The notes beneath the pieces were generated by a model. The model made no database searches. It was not told the origin of the DNA and worked only from the letters and a program-made list of their open reading frames with translations. Shown one piece after another: positions 17,337-26,310 of a stretch of DNA of 29,539 nt. The stretch comes from a virus (lineage: Duplodnaviria > Caudoviricetes): IMG/VR virus record IMGVR_UViG_3300008255_000362, positions 1 to 29,539 of that record; one strand, 5' to 3'. A program made the translations under genes and the position numbers. Every line of letters starts with the position of its first letter. The stretch's first letter is position 1.

Positions 17337-20300
17337 GCCGAAAGGCCGTGACGATGACGGGGTTCGGGGTGCCCGACCCCCGCTTGATCTGGACAGAGCG
17401 GGACACGACGCTGTTGTCCTTCACCGAGGCCAACCCCCGTCCCGGGTCGGTGGTGTCCTCGACGGCGACGGCGGCGCTGCTGCCTGCGATCGTAGGCGGC
17501 CAGGACACCGGCATTGACGTGCGCGTCCAGAAGTCGGGGATGCCTGGGATCGTTCTGGGTGCTGCGCGGGTCCTGCATCGGGCGGACGGGGCTACATACT
17601 GGCGCGGGCACACCACGGCCGTCCCGGTGGCCTGGGCCGCGCTCGTGGACCACACCGCCAACGGCGGGTTCTTCGACGCCACCCGCATCGACGCGACAGG
17701 CAAGGCCGTCGTCGTGACGGCCCACGAGGAGACGGCGTCCTCGCCCGCCGAGTGCCACGTCTGGTCACCTGCGACCCGGGCCTGGGTGACGACGACGATC
17801 GACGCCAACGCTGACGAGGTGCTGATGCGGGCGGTCGCGGTGGCGGCGATACCCGGCGGGCGGCTGGTGGCGCTGGTCCAAAGCGGGGCGTACGCGGCCG
17901 ACGTCGTCGATGCCTGGGTGAGCAGCGACGACGGTGCCACGTGGACGGTCCAGTCGGAGGATGTCTTCGACGCAGTCTCGACGGCAGGAGCTGGGCAGCG
18001 GGACCGGATGTCGATGGTCTGGACGGGCGTGGACCTGCTCTGTCTCGCCTGGAGTTACACGCCCACGACGGTGACGATCCGTCAGTACGCCAGCAGCGAC
18101 TACGGGGCGACGTGGACGAATGTCCAGGCGACCTCGTGGACCGAAGCGGCGACGGTCCCGACTGACATCACCCTCGTCATGCTGATGGACGGCCGGATCG
18201 GCCTGGTCTACCTCGGGACCAGCAACAACATCTTCGGGAGGATCGTGGGGGCCGCGTGGGACCCCTTCGAGGATGCCGACGAGGTCCTCGTGCAGGCCAG
18301 CGCCTGTTCTGCGCTCGCGGCCGCGGTGGATGAGGACGGGTCGGTTCTCCTCGCCTACACGCTGACATCGACGGGGAGGACGCACGTCGTTGCGCTGTCC
18401 GATTTTGCCGCTGCCTCGGCCTCGAACAGGACAGTGCAGGAGGCACTGCCCATCGGCAGTTCCACCGACTTCATTGACAACATGATCCTGGTGTCGGCTT
18501 CGGGGCGCTCCTTCCTCGTCCATGAGGCCACATCGGACAGCGCTTCGTACAACAACACCATCCAAGCCCACGAACTGGGCGGATGGTCCGAGTTCGAACT
18601 GGATCTGTCGTCCCCCGTGCTCTGCACGTCGGTGACAGAGTTGCCGTACAACCTCGGTGCGAACTGGTCGCGCGTGGGCTCGTTCGGTACCTGGGCGCTC
18701 TCGGATAACTTCACGCAACTCACCGGGACCGCCGGCGGCGTCGACTACGTGGAGCACGCGCTCACGGACAGCCGAGACGTGGTCTGGATGGGGGAGGTGC
18801 TCCAGGTCTCAGGGGGCGACCCCCTCGACGGGACATCGCATGTCCAGTTGATTTGCAGCGACAACGCCACGACATCCTACATCACCGCGCTTTGGTTCGA
18901 CGCGGCCACGGACGCGATTGTGTGGCGTGATCAAGTAGCGGGCTCGACGATCGTCACGGTGACCCACGACTGGAGCGTCGATGGCTACATTGCCCTGATG
19001 ATGGTGATCGAGTACTCGACGGGGACAGGACACCTCTGGTACAGGCGCGCCGACGAAGAGACGTGGACCCGGGCAGCAGCGCCGGCCACACTCCTCTCAG
19101 GAGGTGCCCTAGCGTCCGTGGCACGCTTCGGGGCCGGGGCGGCGGGGGTCCACGTCGTGAGGTATCGGGGTGGCTTCGTCGACGCGCGGCCCGTAGGCAC
19201 GCTCCTCCGACTCGGGACCGACATGCTCGGCAAGCGGATCGGGTCCTACCCGTATCCGGTGCCGGAGATCGGCCCGGACACGCAGATCGGACGCCTCGGC
19301 CTGCTCTCGGGACCTGGCTTCCTGGGCGAGACCTACGACGTCGATCCCGTCGCTGACAGGCCCCTGTCCGCCCTCTACTACGAGGTCGCCCCCAGTCCCT
19401 GGCGGGCGGTGTGGAGGGCGTCAGGAGAGGCCGAGGCCATCGTGGCGGCCTGGGACCTCACCGTCGAGACCGAGCGCCGCTCAATCGCGCTCGTCGCCAT
19501 CAACTGCAACTTTCCGTCCCTCGTGCTGGAAGGTTGGACGGGTGCCGCCTGGGCCACGATCTACACCCTCTCCATGGTCGTCGGGCAGGGCTTCTCAGCC
19601 GCCGACTACGTGCAGGTCGGGGATACGATCTACCCCTCCGTCGCCGGCGCCACCTCCGGACAGCGCCCGCTATGGGAGGGCGAATTGGCCGGCGGCTGGG
19701 TCGTGCTCGACGGTGGAGAGTACCGGAAGATCCGCTGGAATACCGGCGGCCCCATGGACGCTGGAGCACATGCCAGCACCCCCAAGGCGAGGATCTTCCT
19801 CGACGGCTGTACGGGCGGTGAGGCCGCGTCGGGGGCCTGCACCCTGTACCACCACAGCGCCGTCGCCGTCGTCCATGACGTCGCGAGCACCTACACCAAG
19901 CTCCGCATCCGCATCCCCGCGGCGACGACCGTGGACGGGTATTTCACCGCCGGCACGATCGCGGTCCTGGACCTGGCCGTAGCCGGTCAGCGACACGGTC
20001 GAGGCTGGACCCGAGGACGGGCGCGGAACGCCACGAGCCGCGAGGACGCGGGAGGCACGTCCTACGTGCGTCGCACCGGCCGAGCACCTCGGACCGAGAC
20101 GGTGTCGTGGCAAGACGGCGTCGACCTGACGGCGCTGCGGGCGCAGACGCCGGCCTACCTGGCGGCGGACTCCGGCTCCCCGCTCGCGGCGGTGGGGGAC
20201 GTGCCGTTCTTCGTTGACGGCCTGCTGGAGCGGGTCAAGAGCGGTGAGGTGCCGGTCCTGGCCCTACCGTCGATCCCCAACACCAGCACGACGATCACCG

Positions 20301-20422
20301 ACCCGTCGCTCTGGCTCTGGGGGCGCATCACCTCGGACGTGCAGCTCACGCACGTGCTCGGCGAGGCGGGCGACGACGAGGTGTATCGGGTGTCATCCGT
20401 CACCGTCGAGGAGTTGGTCTAG
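17333..20422 (+). CDS. Large tail/baseplate protein with BNR/Asp-box beta-propeller region
   Basis: ATGA-coupled start at 17333; Asp-box motifs SSDDGATW and SSDYGATW; immediately follows the tape measure gene. Confidence 0.7.
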   Translation: MSRKAVTMTGFGVPDPRLIWTERDTTLLSFTEANPRPGSVVSSTATAALLPAIVGGQDTGIDVRVQKSGMPGIVLGAARVLHRADGATYWRGHTTAVPVAWAALVDHTANGGFFDATRIDATGKAVVVTAHEETASSPAECHVWSPATRAWVTTTIDANADEVLMRAVAVAAIPGGRLVALVQSGAYAADVVDAWVSSDDGATWTVQSEDVFDAVSTAGAGQRDRMSMVWTGVDLLCLAWSYTPTTVTIRQYASSDYGATWTNVQATSWTEAATVPTDITLVMLMDGRIGLVYLGTSNNIFGRIVGAAWDPFEDADEVLVQASACSALAAAVDEDGSVLLAYTLTSTGRTHVVALSDFAAASASNRTVQEALPIGSSTDFIDNMILVSASGRSFLVHEATSDSASYNNTIQAHELGGWSEFELDLSSPVLCTSVTELPYNLGANWSRVGSFGTWALSDNFTQLTGTAGGVDYVEHALTDSRDVVWMGEVLQVSGGDPLDGTSHVQLICSDNATTSYITALWFDAATDAIVWRDQVAGSTIVTVTHDWSVDGYIALMMVIEYSTGTGHLWYRRADEETWTRAAAPATLLSGGALASVARFGAGAAGVHVVRYRGGFVDARPVGTLLRLGTDMLGKRIGSYPYPVPEIGPDTQIGRLGLLSGPGFLGETYDVDPVADRPLSALYYEVAPSPWRAVWRASGEAEAIVAAWDLTVETERRSIALVAINCNFPSLVLEGWTGAAWATIYTLSMVVGQGFSAADYVQVGDTIYPSVAGATSGQRPLWEGELAGGWVVLDGGEYRKIRWNTGGPMDAGAHASTPKARIFLDGCTGGEAASGACTLYHHSAVAVVHDVASTYTKLRIRIPAATTVDGYFTAGTIAVLDLAVAGQRHGRGWTRGRARNATSREDAGGTSYVRRTGRAPRTETVSWQDGVDLTALRAQTPAYLAADSGSPLAAVGDVPFFVDGLLERVKSGEVPVLALPSIPNTSTTITDPSLWLWGRITSDVQLTHVLGEAGDDEVYRVSSVTVEELV

Positions 20423-22011
20423 TGGGCCTCACCGCCATCCGGACGGGGCGGCGCGTGTGGGCGCTCCTCGACCTGGATGTCCAGGGGCGGGTGCTCCGCT
20501 TCACGGACTCGCCCGAGCCGCTCTCCGTGTCCACCGAGGCCGGCATCGAGTACACCTACGTGCCCGGTTTGCTGCCCGTGCCTTTTGCTCGGGCAGCCGG
20601 GGCACTGGGGAGCGACGAGGCGGTCACGATCGACGCGGCGGTTGAGGTCCCCTGGGCACGGATGGTGGCCCGGGGACACTCGCTGGAGCGCGCGGCCGTG
20701 ACCATCCGCCGGTGGATCGAGGGTCAGACCCTCGACGCGGCCGAGACGTGGATCCGAGGCAAGGCGGCGGGAGTCGGCTACGGTGGCGTCTTCGAGCCGC
20801 TCACCCTGACAGTCGTCCGGCCGAGCTACGGAACGGGGGTGTGGCCTCCGACGCCCGCGAGGATCGACGCGACGACCTGGCCGGTGACTGTCTCGGCTAC
20901 GATCATCACGGACGCGGCGGCGATCGGCGCGGTGTACCCGGTGATCTTCGGCACCCCCACGGACTACATCATCCCGGCGTACGCGGTCGAATACGAGGCG
21001 GCCAACCGCACGCTGGCGTGGCAACTGTTCGCCGACGGCTGGGTCGAGGCGACATCGTGCTCCCTGATGGAGGTTGCGTCGGGCGCGGTCGAGACGCGGA
21101 CCATTCGGAAGGTTCGTGACTTGCTCGGACGGCGCGTCTCGTACGTCGACAACACCGGGGGCACCTACACGATCGAGCCGAACCGGGAGCATCGGGTAGC
21201 GCTGAACCTGGGCACCGGCGGTGGGACGATCGGTCGCGGGACCACGGCTCTCGCGGGAGCAGGGGAGATCCTAGAGTACCTGCTGCGCAAGACTCAGGTC
21301 GACGTGGACTGGGGGCGCTTCGCGGTGGTACAACAGCGACTCGACGCCTACAAGCTCGATTTCGTGATCACGAAACAGATCGACGTGTGGGCTTGGATCC
21401 AAAATCAGATCTTCCCGCTGCTCCCTATGGACTGGGTCTTCGGGGCGGCTGGCGGCTATCCCGACGTGTGGCGGCTCGACGCGACGGCCGAGGACGCGAC
21501 CCGGCACATCGACGCGACGGCCGAGACGGGGCGCTACGAGCGGACATCAGCAGTCACCATGTCGGGCGGGCCGATCTTCAACGCCTTCTCCATCGCCTAC
21601 GGGGTGGGAGGCGCGCAGGGCCGGCCGGCTCGGATGCGGAGCATCGGCGGCGACGACGACGACCCCAGGAACCGGCCGAACGCTTGGTGTGCCGCGTCAC
21701 AGGCACTCCATGGAATCCTGCCAATGCCGACGTTCTCCACCGAGTTGGTGGTGCGGACGGACACGGCGGACCGCATCCTGCTGGAGCGAGCTCGCAGATA
21801 CGCGATCAGTCGCCGGGGTTTCTCGATCGCCGGCGACGAGACGCTCGACGAGGTAGAGGTGGGGGAGGTCATCCTCGTCTCGGCGACCGACGCGGAGATC
21901 GACGAGGAGGTAGCGCAGGTCCGCAACAAGCGGGCAGTTGGCGATCACGTGGAGATCACCGTGCTCTTGATGGACGACCCGCTCACTCGCACCAGGCCGG
22001 TGATCCCATGA
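20422..22011 (+). CDS. Probable tail tip/baseplate hub protein
   Basis: 529 aa; GAVYPVIFG motif and C-terminal VEVGEVILV barrel-like segment seen in hub proteins; position. Confidence 0.55.
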   Translation: MGLTAIRTGRRVWALLDLDVQGRVLRFTDSPEPLSVSTEAGIEYTYVPGLLPVPFARAAGALGSDEAVTIDAAVEVPWARMVARGHSLERAAVTIRRWIEGQTLDAAETWIRGKAAGVGYGGVFEPLTLTVVRPSYGTGVWPPTPARIDATTWPVTVSATIITDAAAIGAVYPVIFGTPTDYIIPAYAVEYEAANRTLAWQLFADGWVEATSCSLMEVASGAVETRTIRKVRDLLGRRVSYVDNTGGTYTIEPNREHRVALNLGTGGGTIGRGTTALAGAGEILEYLLRKTQVDVDWGRFAVVQQRLDAYKLDFVITKQIDVWAWIQNQIFPLLPMDWVFGAAGGYPDVWRLDATAEDATRHIDATAETGRYERTSAVTMSGGPIFNAFSIAYGVGGAQGRPARMRSIGGDDDDPRNRPNAWCAASQALHGILPMPTFSTELVVRTDTADRILLERARRYAISRRGFSIAGDETLDEVEVGEVILVSATDAEIDEEVAQVRNKRAVGDHVEITVLLMDDPLTRTRPVIP

Positions 22012-23582
22012 GCCTCGGATACCCCGCGCCGCCCGTGGCGGGCACCGTCGTCTTCACCTCCACGCTCGGGGTCGTCTCCTGGGAGACGTCGGCCGCCGGG
22101 GTCACGGACCACGACGCCCTTGGAGCGGCGTCTCTCGTCTGGACGTCCTCGGCGCACACCGGCACCGCTTCGAGGATCGCCGCCTTCAACGGCGCGGGAG
22201 CCGCGTCCTACCTCCAGGTGGGAGTCGACGTCCAGGCATACAGCGCCAACCTAGCCGCCATGGCCGCTCTGGCGGTCACGGACGGCAACTTCATTGTCGC
22301 CAACGGCGCGACTTGGGTCGCAGAATCAGGAGCCACGGCCCGGACTTCGCTGGGCCTCGGGAGTCTGGCAACGCTCTCGACGATCAACGGCTCCAACTGG
22401 AGCGGGACGGACCTGGCCGTGGCCGATGGTGGGACGGGCAGTTCGACCGCCGCCGCCGCTCGGACGGCTCTCGGGGTTGCCATAGGCTCCAATGTCCAGG
22501 CATGGGACGCCAACCTCGATCAAATCGCAGCCCTGGCGGTCACGGACAGTAACTTCCTTGTCGGCAACGGATCTGCCTGGGTGGCCGAGTCCGGGGCCAC
22601 GGTTCGGACTTCGCTGGGTCTGGGGAGTCTGGCGACGCAGAACGCCAACGCGGTAGCGATAACCGGCGGCTCGGTCAATGGGGTATCGGGCTCGGGGATC
22701 ACCATATGGACGGTGGACTCGTTGACGCTCAACGGCACGTCGATCACGTCCTCGACCTCCATGAAGCTGACCGCCGCGGCTACCTGGGATCTGACGCTCG
22801 ACTTCGGCGACGACCTGATCATCCAAGGTGACGCAGGCTCTGACTGCAACCTCCGGTCCTGCAGCCTCACCGTCAACGACACCACACCCGAGCGTAAGTT
22901 CTCCGTCACGGACACACAGAGCGCCACGGGCTGCGCCCTGATGCGGAACACCAACAGCGGAGCCGGTGCCGACGTCCTATGGCTCGACCTCAGCGCGGTC
23001 GCTGCGGCCAACACCGGCAACGCATACGTCATCTTCGACGACGCTGGCGGCATCGTCGGCTCGATCACCGGCAACGGCGTCGGCGTGAACTACAACACCA
23101 CCTCGGACGGCCGCCTGAAGGGGCATCAGCGGGCGTCTCGGATGGACGGGCTCGCGCTCGTCCAGGCCATGCAGGTCAGAGACTTCGAGTGGACGTTCCG
23201 CGGACACGCCCCGGATACCGGCCTCATCGCCCAGGAACTGCACAAGGTCTACCCGAAGGCCGTGTCCATTCCTGACGCGGAGAAGGCCCTGGGGCGCCGT
23301 GTGGTCAAGGGCCGGACACGCGGCCGTCTCGACCCGGAGACGGGCGTCCACGAGGCTGGAGAGCCCAGGGAGACTCTCTGCGATGTGGCTGACCTGGAGT
23401 CCGTCCTCCAGCACTTCACCGACGGCGCCGTGGTCAGCGTCCCCGGACCCGGCGAGCGCGGATTCCTGCCGTGGAGCGTCGACTACGGCAAGCTCGTGGT
23501 GCCGCTGATCAAGGCGGTGCAGGAGCAGCAGGTCATGATCGCAGAGTTGCGGGCACGCCTCGCCGCCCTCGAGCGGCGCTAG
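22008..23582 (+). CDS. Tail fibre with C-terminal peptidase S74 intramolecular chaperone domain
   Basis: ATGA-coupled start at 22008 (MSLGYPAPP); ARTSLGLGSLAT fibre repeats; TTSDGRLK cleavage motif, GLIAQEL, VDYGKLVVPLIKAVQEQQ coiled coil. Confidence 0.9.
   Translation: MSLGYPAPPVAGTVVFTSTLGVVSWETSAAGVTDHDALGAASLVWTSSAHTGTASRIAAFNGAGAASYLQVGVDVQAYSANLAAMAALAVTDGNFIVANGATWVAESGATARTSLGLGSLATLSTINGSNWSGTDLAVADGGTGSSTAAAARTALGVAIGSNVQAWDANLDQIAALAVTDSNFLVGNGSAWVAESGATVRTSLGLGSLATQNANAVAITGGSVNGVSGSGITIWTVDSLTLNGTSITSSTSMKLTAAATWDLTLDFGDDLIIQGDAGSDCNLRSCSLTVNDTTPERKFSVTDTQSATGCALMRNTNSGAGADVLWLDLSAVAAANTGNAYVIFDDAGGIVGSITGNGVGVNYNTTSDGRLKGHQRASRMDGLALVQAMQVRDFEWTFRGHAPDTGLIAQELHKVYPKAVSIPDAEKALGRRVVKGRTRGRLDPETGVHEAGEPRETLCDVADLESVLQHFTDGAVVSVPGPGERGFLPWSVDYGKLVVPLIKAVQEQQVMIAELRARLAALERR
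22230..22637 (+). repeat. Internal 144-bp (48-aa) duplication in the tail fibre, 22230-22373 and 22494-22637
   Basis: VQAYSANLAAMAALAVTDGNFIVANGATWVAESGATARTSLGLGSLAT versus VQAWDANLDQIAALAVTDSNFLVGNGSAWVAESGATVRTSLGLGSLAT. Confidence 0.9.
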
Positions 23583-23890
23583 GTCAGCAACACGCCGAGG
23601 CTGCCCGCGTATCGGTATAGGTACCCGGTGGTCGTGTCGCTGCGGATCAGGCCGCCCATGTGCCCGTCAGGCGACGGGGTGGGCGGCAGCAGGTGTTTGG
23701 CCGCCGCGTCTGCTCGGGCTAACTCTGTACGGTTGAGGCCCGCCGAGCCGTCGACGATGCACCGGACCTGGCGGTTCGGGGCGTCACCTTCGACGAGCAG
23801 GCGGAAATTGCCATGCCGGGAGGATATCACCCGCACCACCCGCTTGTTGTCCGCGTATCCGGGCGGACAGGCATAGACGATGTACCCCAC
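23579..23890 (-). CDS. Hypothetical protein, in frame with and possibly the C-terminal part of the upstream lipoprotein
   Basis: GC3-biased 103-aa ORF; its stop shares the CTAG palindrome with the fibre stop; starts GYIVYACPPGYADN, echoing the lipoprotein repeat. Confidence 0.55.
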   Translation of the reverse strand: MGYIVYACPPGYADNKRVVRVISSRHGNFRLLVEGDAPNRQVRCIVDGSAGLNRTELARADAAAKHLLPPTPSPDGHMGGLIRSDTTTGYLYRYAGSLGVLLT

Positions 23891-23905
23891 CGAGCTCGTG
23901 AAGCC

Positions 23906-24172
23906 TCACCGGCCGTCGCACAAGAGTTCGCCGCGTGGCTCGAGGGGGTCGCCGTCGTCGCAGTCGTCGGGGTTGTCCGACCACCCGGCCGGGCAGGGCG
24001 GGCACACGGCCTGGATGGTGTAGCCGTAGCGGTCGCCGAATCCATCGCCGTCCGCGTCCGGATAGCAGGTGACGAGGCTCGGGTCACCATCGTCGCAGTC
24101 TGCGTCGAATGCGTCGGTGTCGGTCGCCGAGTCGGTGGGTCCACAAGCAAGGATCGAAAGCAGCAGCAGCAG
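23906..24172 (-). CDS. Small lipoprotein with DCDD/DxDGDGFG putative metal-binding (MopE-related) repeats; CTG start; not in the ORF track
   Basis: AGGAGG (24183-24178), 5 nt, CTG; translates (M)LLLLSILA-CGPTDSATDTDAFDADCDDGDPSLVTCYPDADGDGFGDRYGYTIQAVCPPCPAGWSDNPDDCDDGDPLEPRGELLCDGR*, with lipobox ILAC. Confidence 0.75.
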   Translation of the reverse strand: MLLLLSILACGPTDSATDTDAFDADCDDGDPSLVTCYPDADGDGFGDRYGYTIQAVCPPCPAGWSDNPDDCDDGDPLEPRGELLCDGR

Positions 24173-24204
24173 CGGGGCCTCCTAGCACACCTATGACGAT
24201 GCCC

Positions 24205-24233
24205 TCGCCGCGGCTATTCGACGCTGCTAGACT
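24205..24233 (+). promoter_or_regulatory. Extended -10 sigma70-type promoter for the lysis cassette
   Basis: TCGCCG (24205-24210), 17 nt, TAGACT (24228-24233) preceded by TGn; followed by a GGAGGAGG RBS. Confidence 0.5.
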
Positions 24234-24250
24234 GGCGGGAGGAGGGTCGC

Positions 24251-24424
24251 GTGATCACCAAGAGTCAGCAGGCCGCCATCATCGCTCTGATCGCGGCCAT
24301 CTTGGGCGCTGTGGCCGCGTTCACCAGCCCCGACGAGCCCGAGCCGCAGGTCGTCGTGGAAGGAACCGCTTCGGTTCCTTCGGCGGGCGCCGACGACGAG
24401 GCACCGCCCGAGATCGCGCCATGA
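24251..24424 (+). CDS. Small single-TM membrane protein (lysis accessory/holin candidate); not in the ORF track
   Basis: GGAGGAGG RBS, GTG start; MITKSQQAAIIALIAAILGAVAAFTSPDEPEPQ...EIAP*, 57 aa; ATGA overlap with the next gene. Confidence 0.65.
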   Translation: MITKSQQAAIIALIAAILGAVAAFTSPDEPEPQVVVEGTASVPSAGADDEAPPEIAP

Positions 24425-24558
24425 CCCGCTGTCAGGCCGCTGCGGTCCTCGTCCTGCTCGGCGCGCTGGCCGTCGTCGAGGTCGCGCACCGCGTCTCGTC
24501 GGCAGCGCTCCGGCGTGGTCGAGCACTGGAGCACCGACTCCACGAATGGGCGACTTGA
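24421..24558 (+). CDS. Small single-TM protein (holin/antiholin candidate)
   Basis: MTRCQAAAVLVLLGALAVVEVAHR..., 45 aa; coupled at both ends (ATGA, TGATG). Confidence 0.5.
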   Translation: MTRCQAAAVLVLLGALAVVEVAHRVSSAALRRGRALEHRLHEWAT

Positions 24559-25298
24559 TGCGCACCGGCTCGCGCGGTCCCGAGGTGACCCACCTCCAGC
24601 GCAGTCTCGTCGCGTGGGGGTACCCCCTGCTCGTCGATGGCGTCTTCGGCCCGCAGACGCTGCGGGTTGTGCTCGCCCTTCAGCTCGCGGAGGGGCTGTC
24701 GGCGGATGGCGTCGCGGGTCCGCAGACCCTGGCGCACCTCGATGCCGGACCTGTGGCCTATGTGGCCGAGCGCGCACCGGCGCTAGGCCACGACGACACC
24801 CCGCAGATCCGCGCCCTGTTCGCCGCGCGCTGTGACCTCGGCGCGATGGAGTCGCCGGTCGGCAGCAACTCCGGGCCCGCGCTCGCGCATCTCGTCGACG
24901 GCTACGGTGCCCATCACCGCGTGCCATCACTCTCGCCGCCTCCATGGTGCGCCATTGCTGTCTGCTCCTGGACGGCCTACGCGCTCGGGCTTGGGGAGGT
25001 CGGTGCGGGTGTCGACTGGCGGATGCATCCCTTCGGTGATTGGCTCGGCGCGGTCTCCTCGATCTTCGATTGGGCCGTTCGGAACGATCGGCTCATCGAC
25101 GCCGAGCCCGGGGCTATCTACGTCATGGCACGCGACGGCAGTGGCTCCGACACTGGCCCGATCGCCGCCGGCCACTGCGGCATCGTCGAGTCGACCGGCG
25201 CGGTACTCTCGACGATCGACGGCAACGTGAGCAATGGAGTGCGACGGATGCGCAGACCAGTGGAGCAGATCCGCGGCTACGTGCGGTGGTGGCAGTGA
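24558..25298 (+). CDS. Endolysin: peptidoglycan-binding domain plus CHAP amidase/peptidase (start could be 24546)
   Basis: GSRGPEVTHLQRSL...VDGVFGPQT...ADGVAGPQT (PG_binding_1); PWCA, GHCGIVE and TIDGN (CHAP). Confidence 0.9.
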   Translation: MRTGSRGPEVTHLQRSLVAWGYPLLVDGVFGPQTLRVVLALQLAEGLSADGVAGPQTLAHLDAGPVAYVAERAPALGHDDTPQIRALFAARCDLGAMESPVGSNSGPALAHLVDGYGAHHRVPSLSPPPWCAIAVCSWTAYALGLGEVGAGVDWRMHPFGDWLGAVSSIFDWAVRNDRLIDAEPGAIYVMARDGSGSDTGPIAAGHCGIVESTGAVLSTIDGNVSNGVRRMRRPVEQIRGYVRWWQ

Positions 25299-25729
25299 GC
25301 ATCGACATCGACCGCGTAGCCGAGGACGGACGCGCCGGTCGAGCGGCCCTGCACCGTGAGGTGGATGGGCTCTCGACGCAACTCGCGGTGCTCACGCCGC
25401 GGGTGGACCGCCTCGATGTCGTGACGGGGCGACTGGAGGGCGTCGTGGGCGACCTTGGACGAGCCGACGTGCGCGTGGAAACACAGTTGACGGCGCTGAC
25501 CAGCGCAGTCGAGAAAGGGCAGGTGCAGTCCGAGCGCCGTCAGGAAGAGGTGCTAGGGCTGCTGCGCGCGCGTCATGAGGCCGAGGACCGAGCGTCCGAG
25601 GCGCGGTGGGCGATCCTCCGCGAGTCGCGGACACAGGCGCTCATCGCACTAGTGGTGCTCGCGGTGCTAGCTCCGCAGGCGCTCCCGGCGATCGTCGAGC
25701 TCGTCAGGGGCTGGTTCGGCCCGGGGTGA
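25295..25729 (+). CDS. Coiled-coil protein with C-terminal TM helix (lysis-associated, holin/XhlA-like architecture)
   Basis: GTGA-coupled start at 25295; heptad-like region then ALIALVVLAVLAPQALPAIV. Confidence 0.6.
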   Translation: MSIDIDRVAEDGRAGRAALHREVDGLSTQLAVLTPRVDRLDVVTGRLEGVVGDLGRADVRVETQLTALTSAVEKGQVQSERRQEEVLGLLRARHEAEDRASEARWAILRESRTQALIALVVLAVLAPQALPAIVELVRGWFGPG

Positions 25730-26140
25730 GCGCGAGCGCCAATCGAATCGCGATCGCCCCGCACTGCGGGACCACGGCGTTCCCGGTGTGGCCCTGGCCC
25801 TCGTCGGAGTAGGTCACGAGCACAGGCCAGCGCCCGCGGTCGATGAGCACGCGCATCTGTCGGCGCAGCGGCGTGGAGACGTGCTGGAGGCGTCGCTCAT
25901 CCCGAGGCACAGCCACCATACGGGAGAGCGCAAGCACGCCTTCGGGAGCCTCGGGGCACACTGCGCGGCTTGCGCCCGGTGGAGGGGGCTGCCATGCGTA
26001 GGCGGCGACCACGCGCCTTCCTCAACGACACCGAAGGCATAGGTTGCTGCTGCTCCTGCTCCCCCGTAGGCGTGGTAAGCGGCGCAGAGAGCGGCAACCT
26101 CGGCGATCGAGACCCGGCGCAGATCGTAGGAGGGCCTCAT
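25704..26140 (-). pseudogene. Mom-like GNAT DNA-modification gene, frameshifted near 26014 and C-terminally replaced by a C5-methyltransferase motif X fragment
   Basis: MRPSYDLRRVSIAEVAALCAAYHAYGG...FGVVEEG / VVAAYAWQPP...LALSRMVAVP...VLVTYSDEGQGHTG fits Mom-like proteins, then switches to GNAVVPQC. Confidence 0.65.
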
Positions 26141-26310
26141 GCCTCCCCCCGTCGCGGCGCTGGCCCGCGCCCCGGACGCCACAGCAGCGAGCCGTTCGCG
26201 AGACACGTCGTCGCGATCGCGAGACGGGCGCTCTGGGCGACGTGCTGTGCCGGGCAGGCCGAGGGAGGGAGCATGGCGAGAGCACGCGCAAAGAGGGTGC
26301 TGCTGGTCAT
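26137..26310 (-). CDS. Small hypothetical protein (57 aa); not in the ORF track
   Basis: MTSSTLFARALAMLPPSACPAQHVAQSARLAIATTCLANGSLLWRPGRGPAPRRGEA*; ATGA overlaps at both ends and GC3 bias. Confidence 0.55.
   Translation of the reverse strand: MTSSTLFARALAMLPPSACPAQHVAQSARLAIATTCLANGSLLWRPGRGPAPRRGEA

Noticed and set aside
22230-22637. Fibre duplication as a DGR template/variable repeat pair
   Set aside because: Differences are not adenine-specific, both copies are in-frame coding repeats, and no reverse transcriptase is present in the window.
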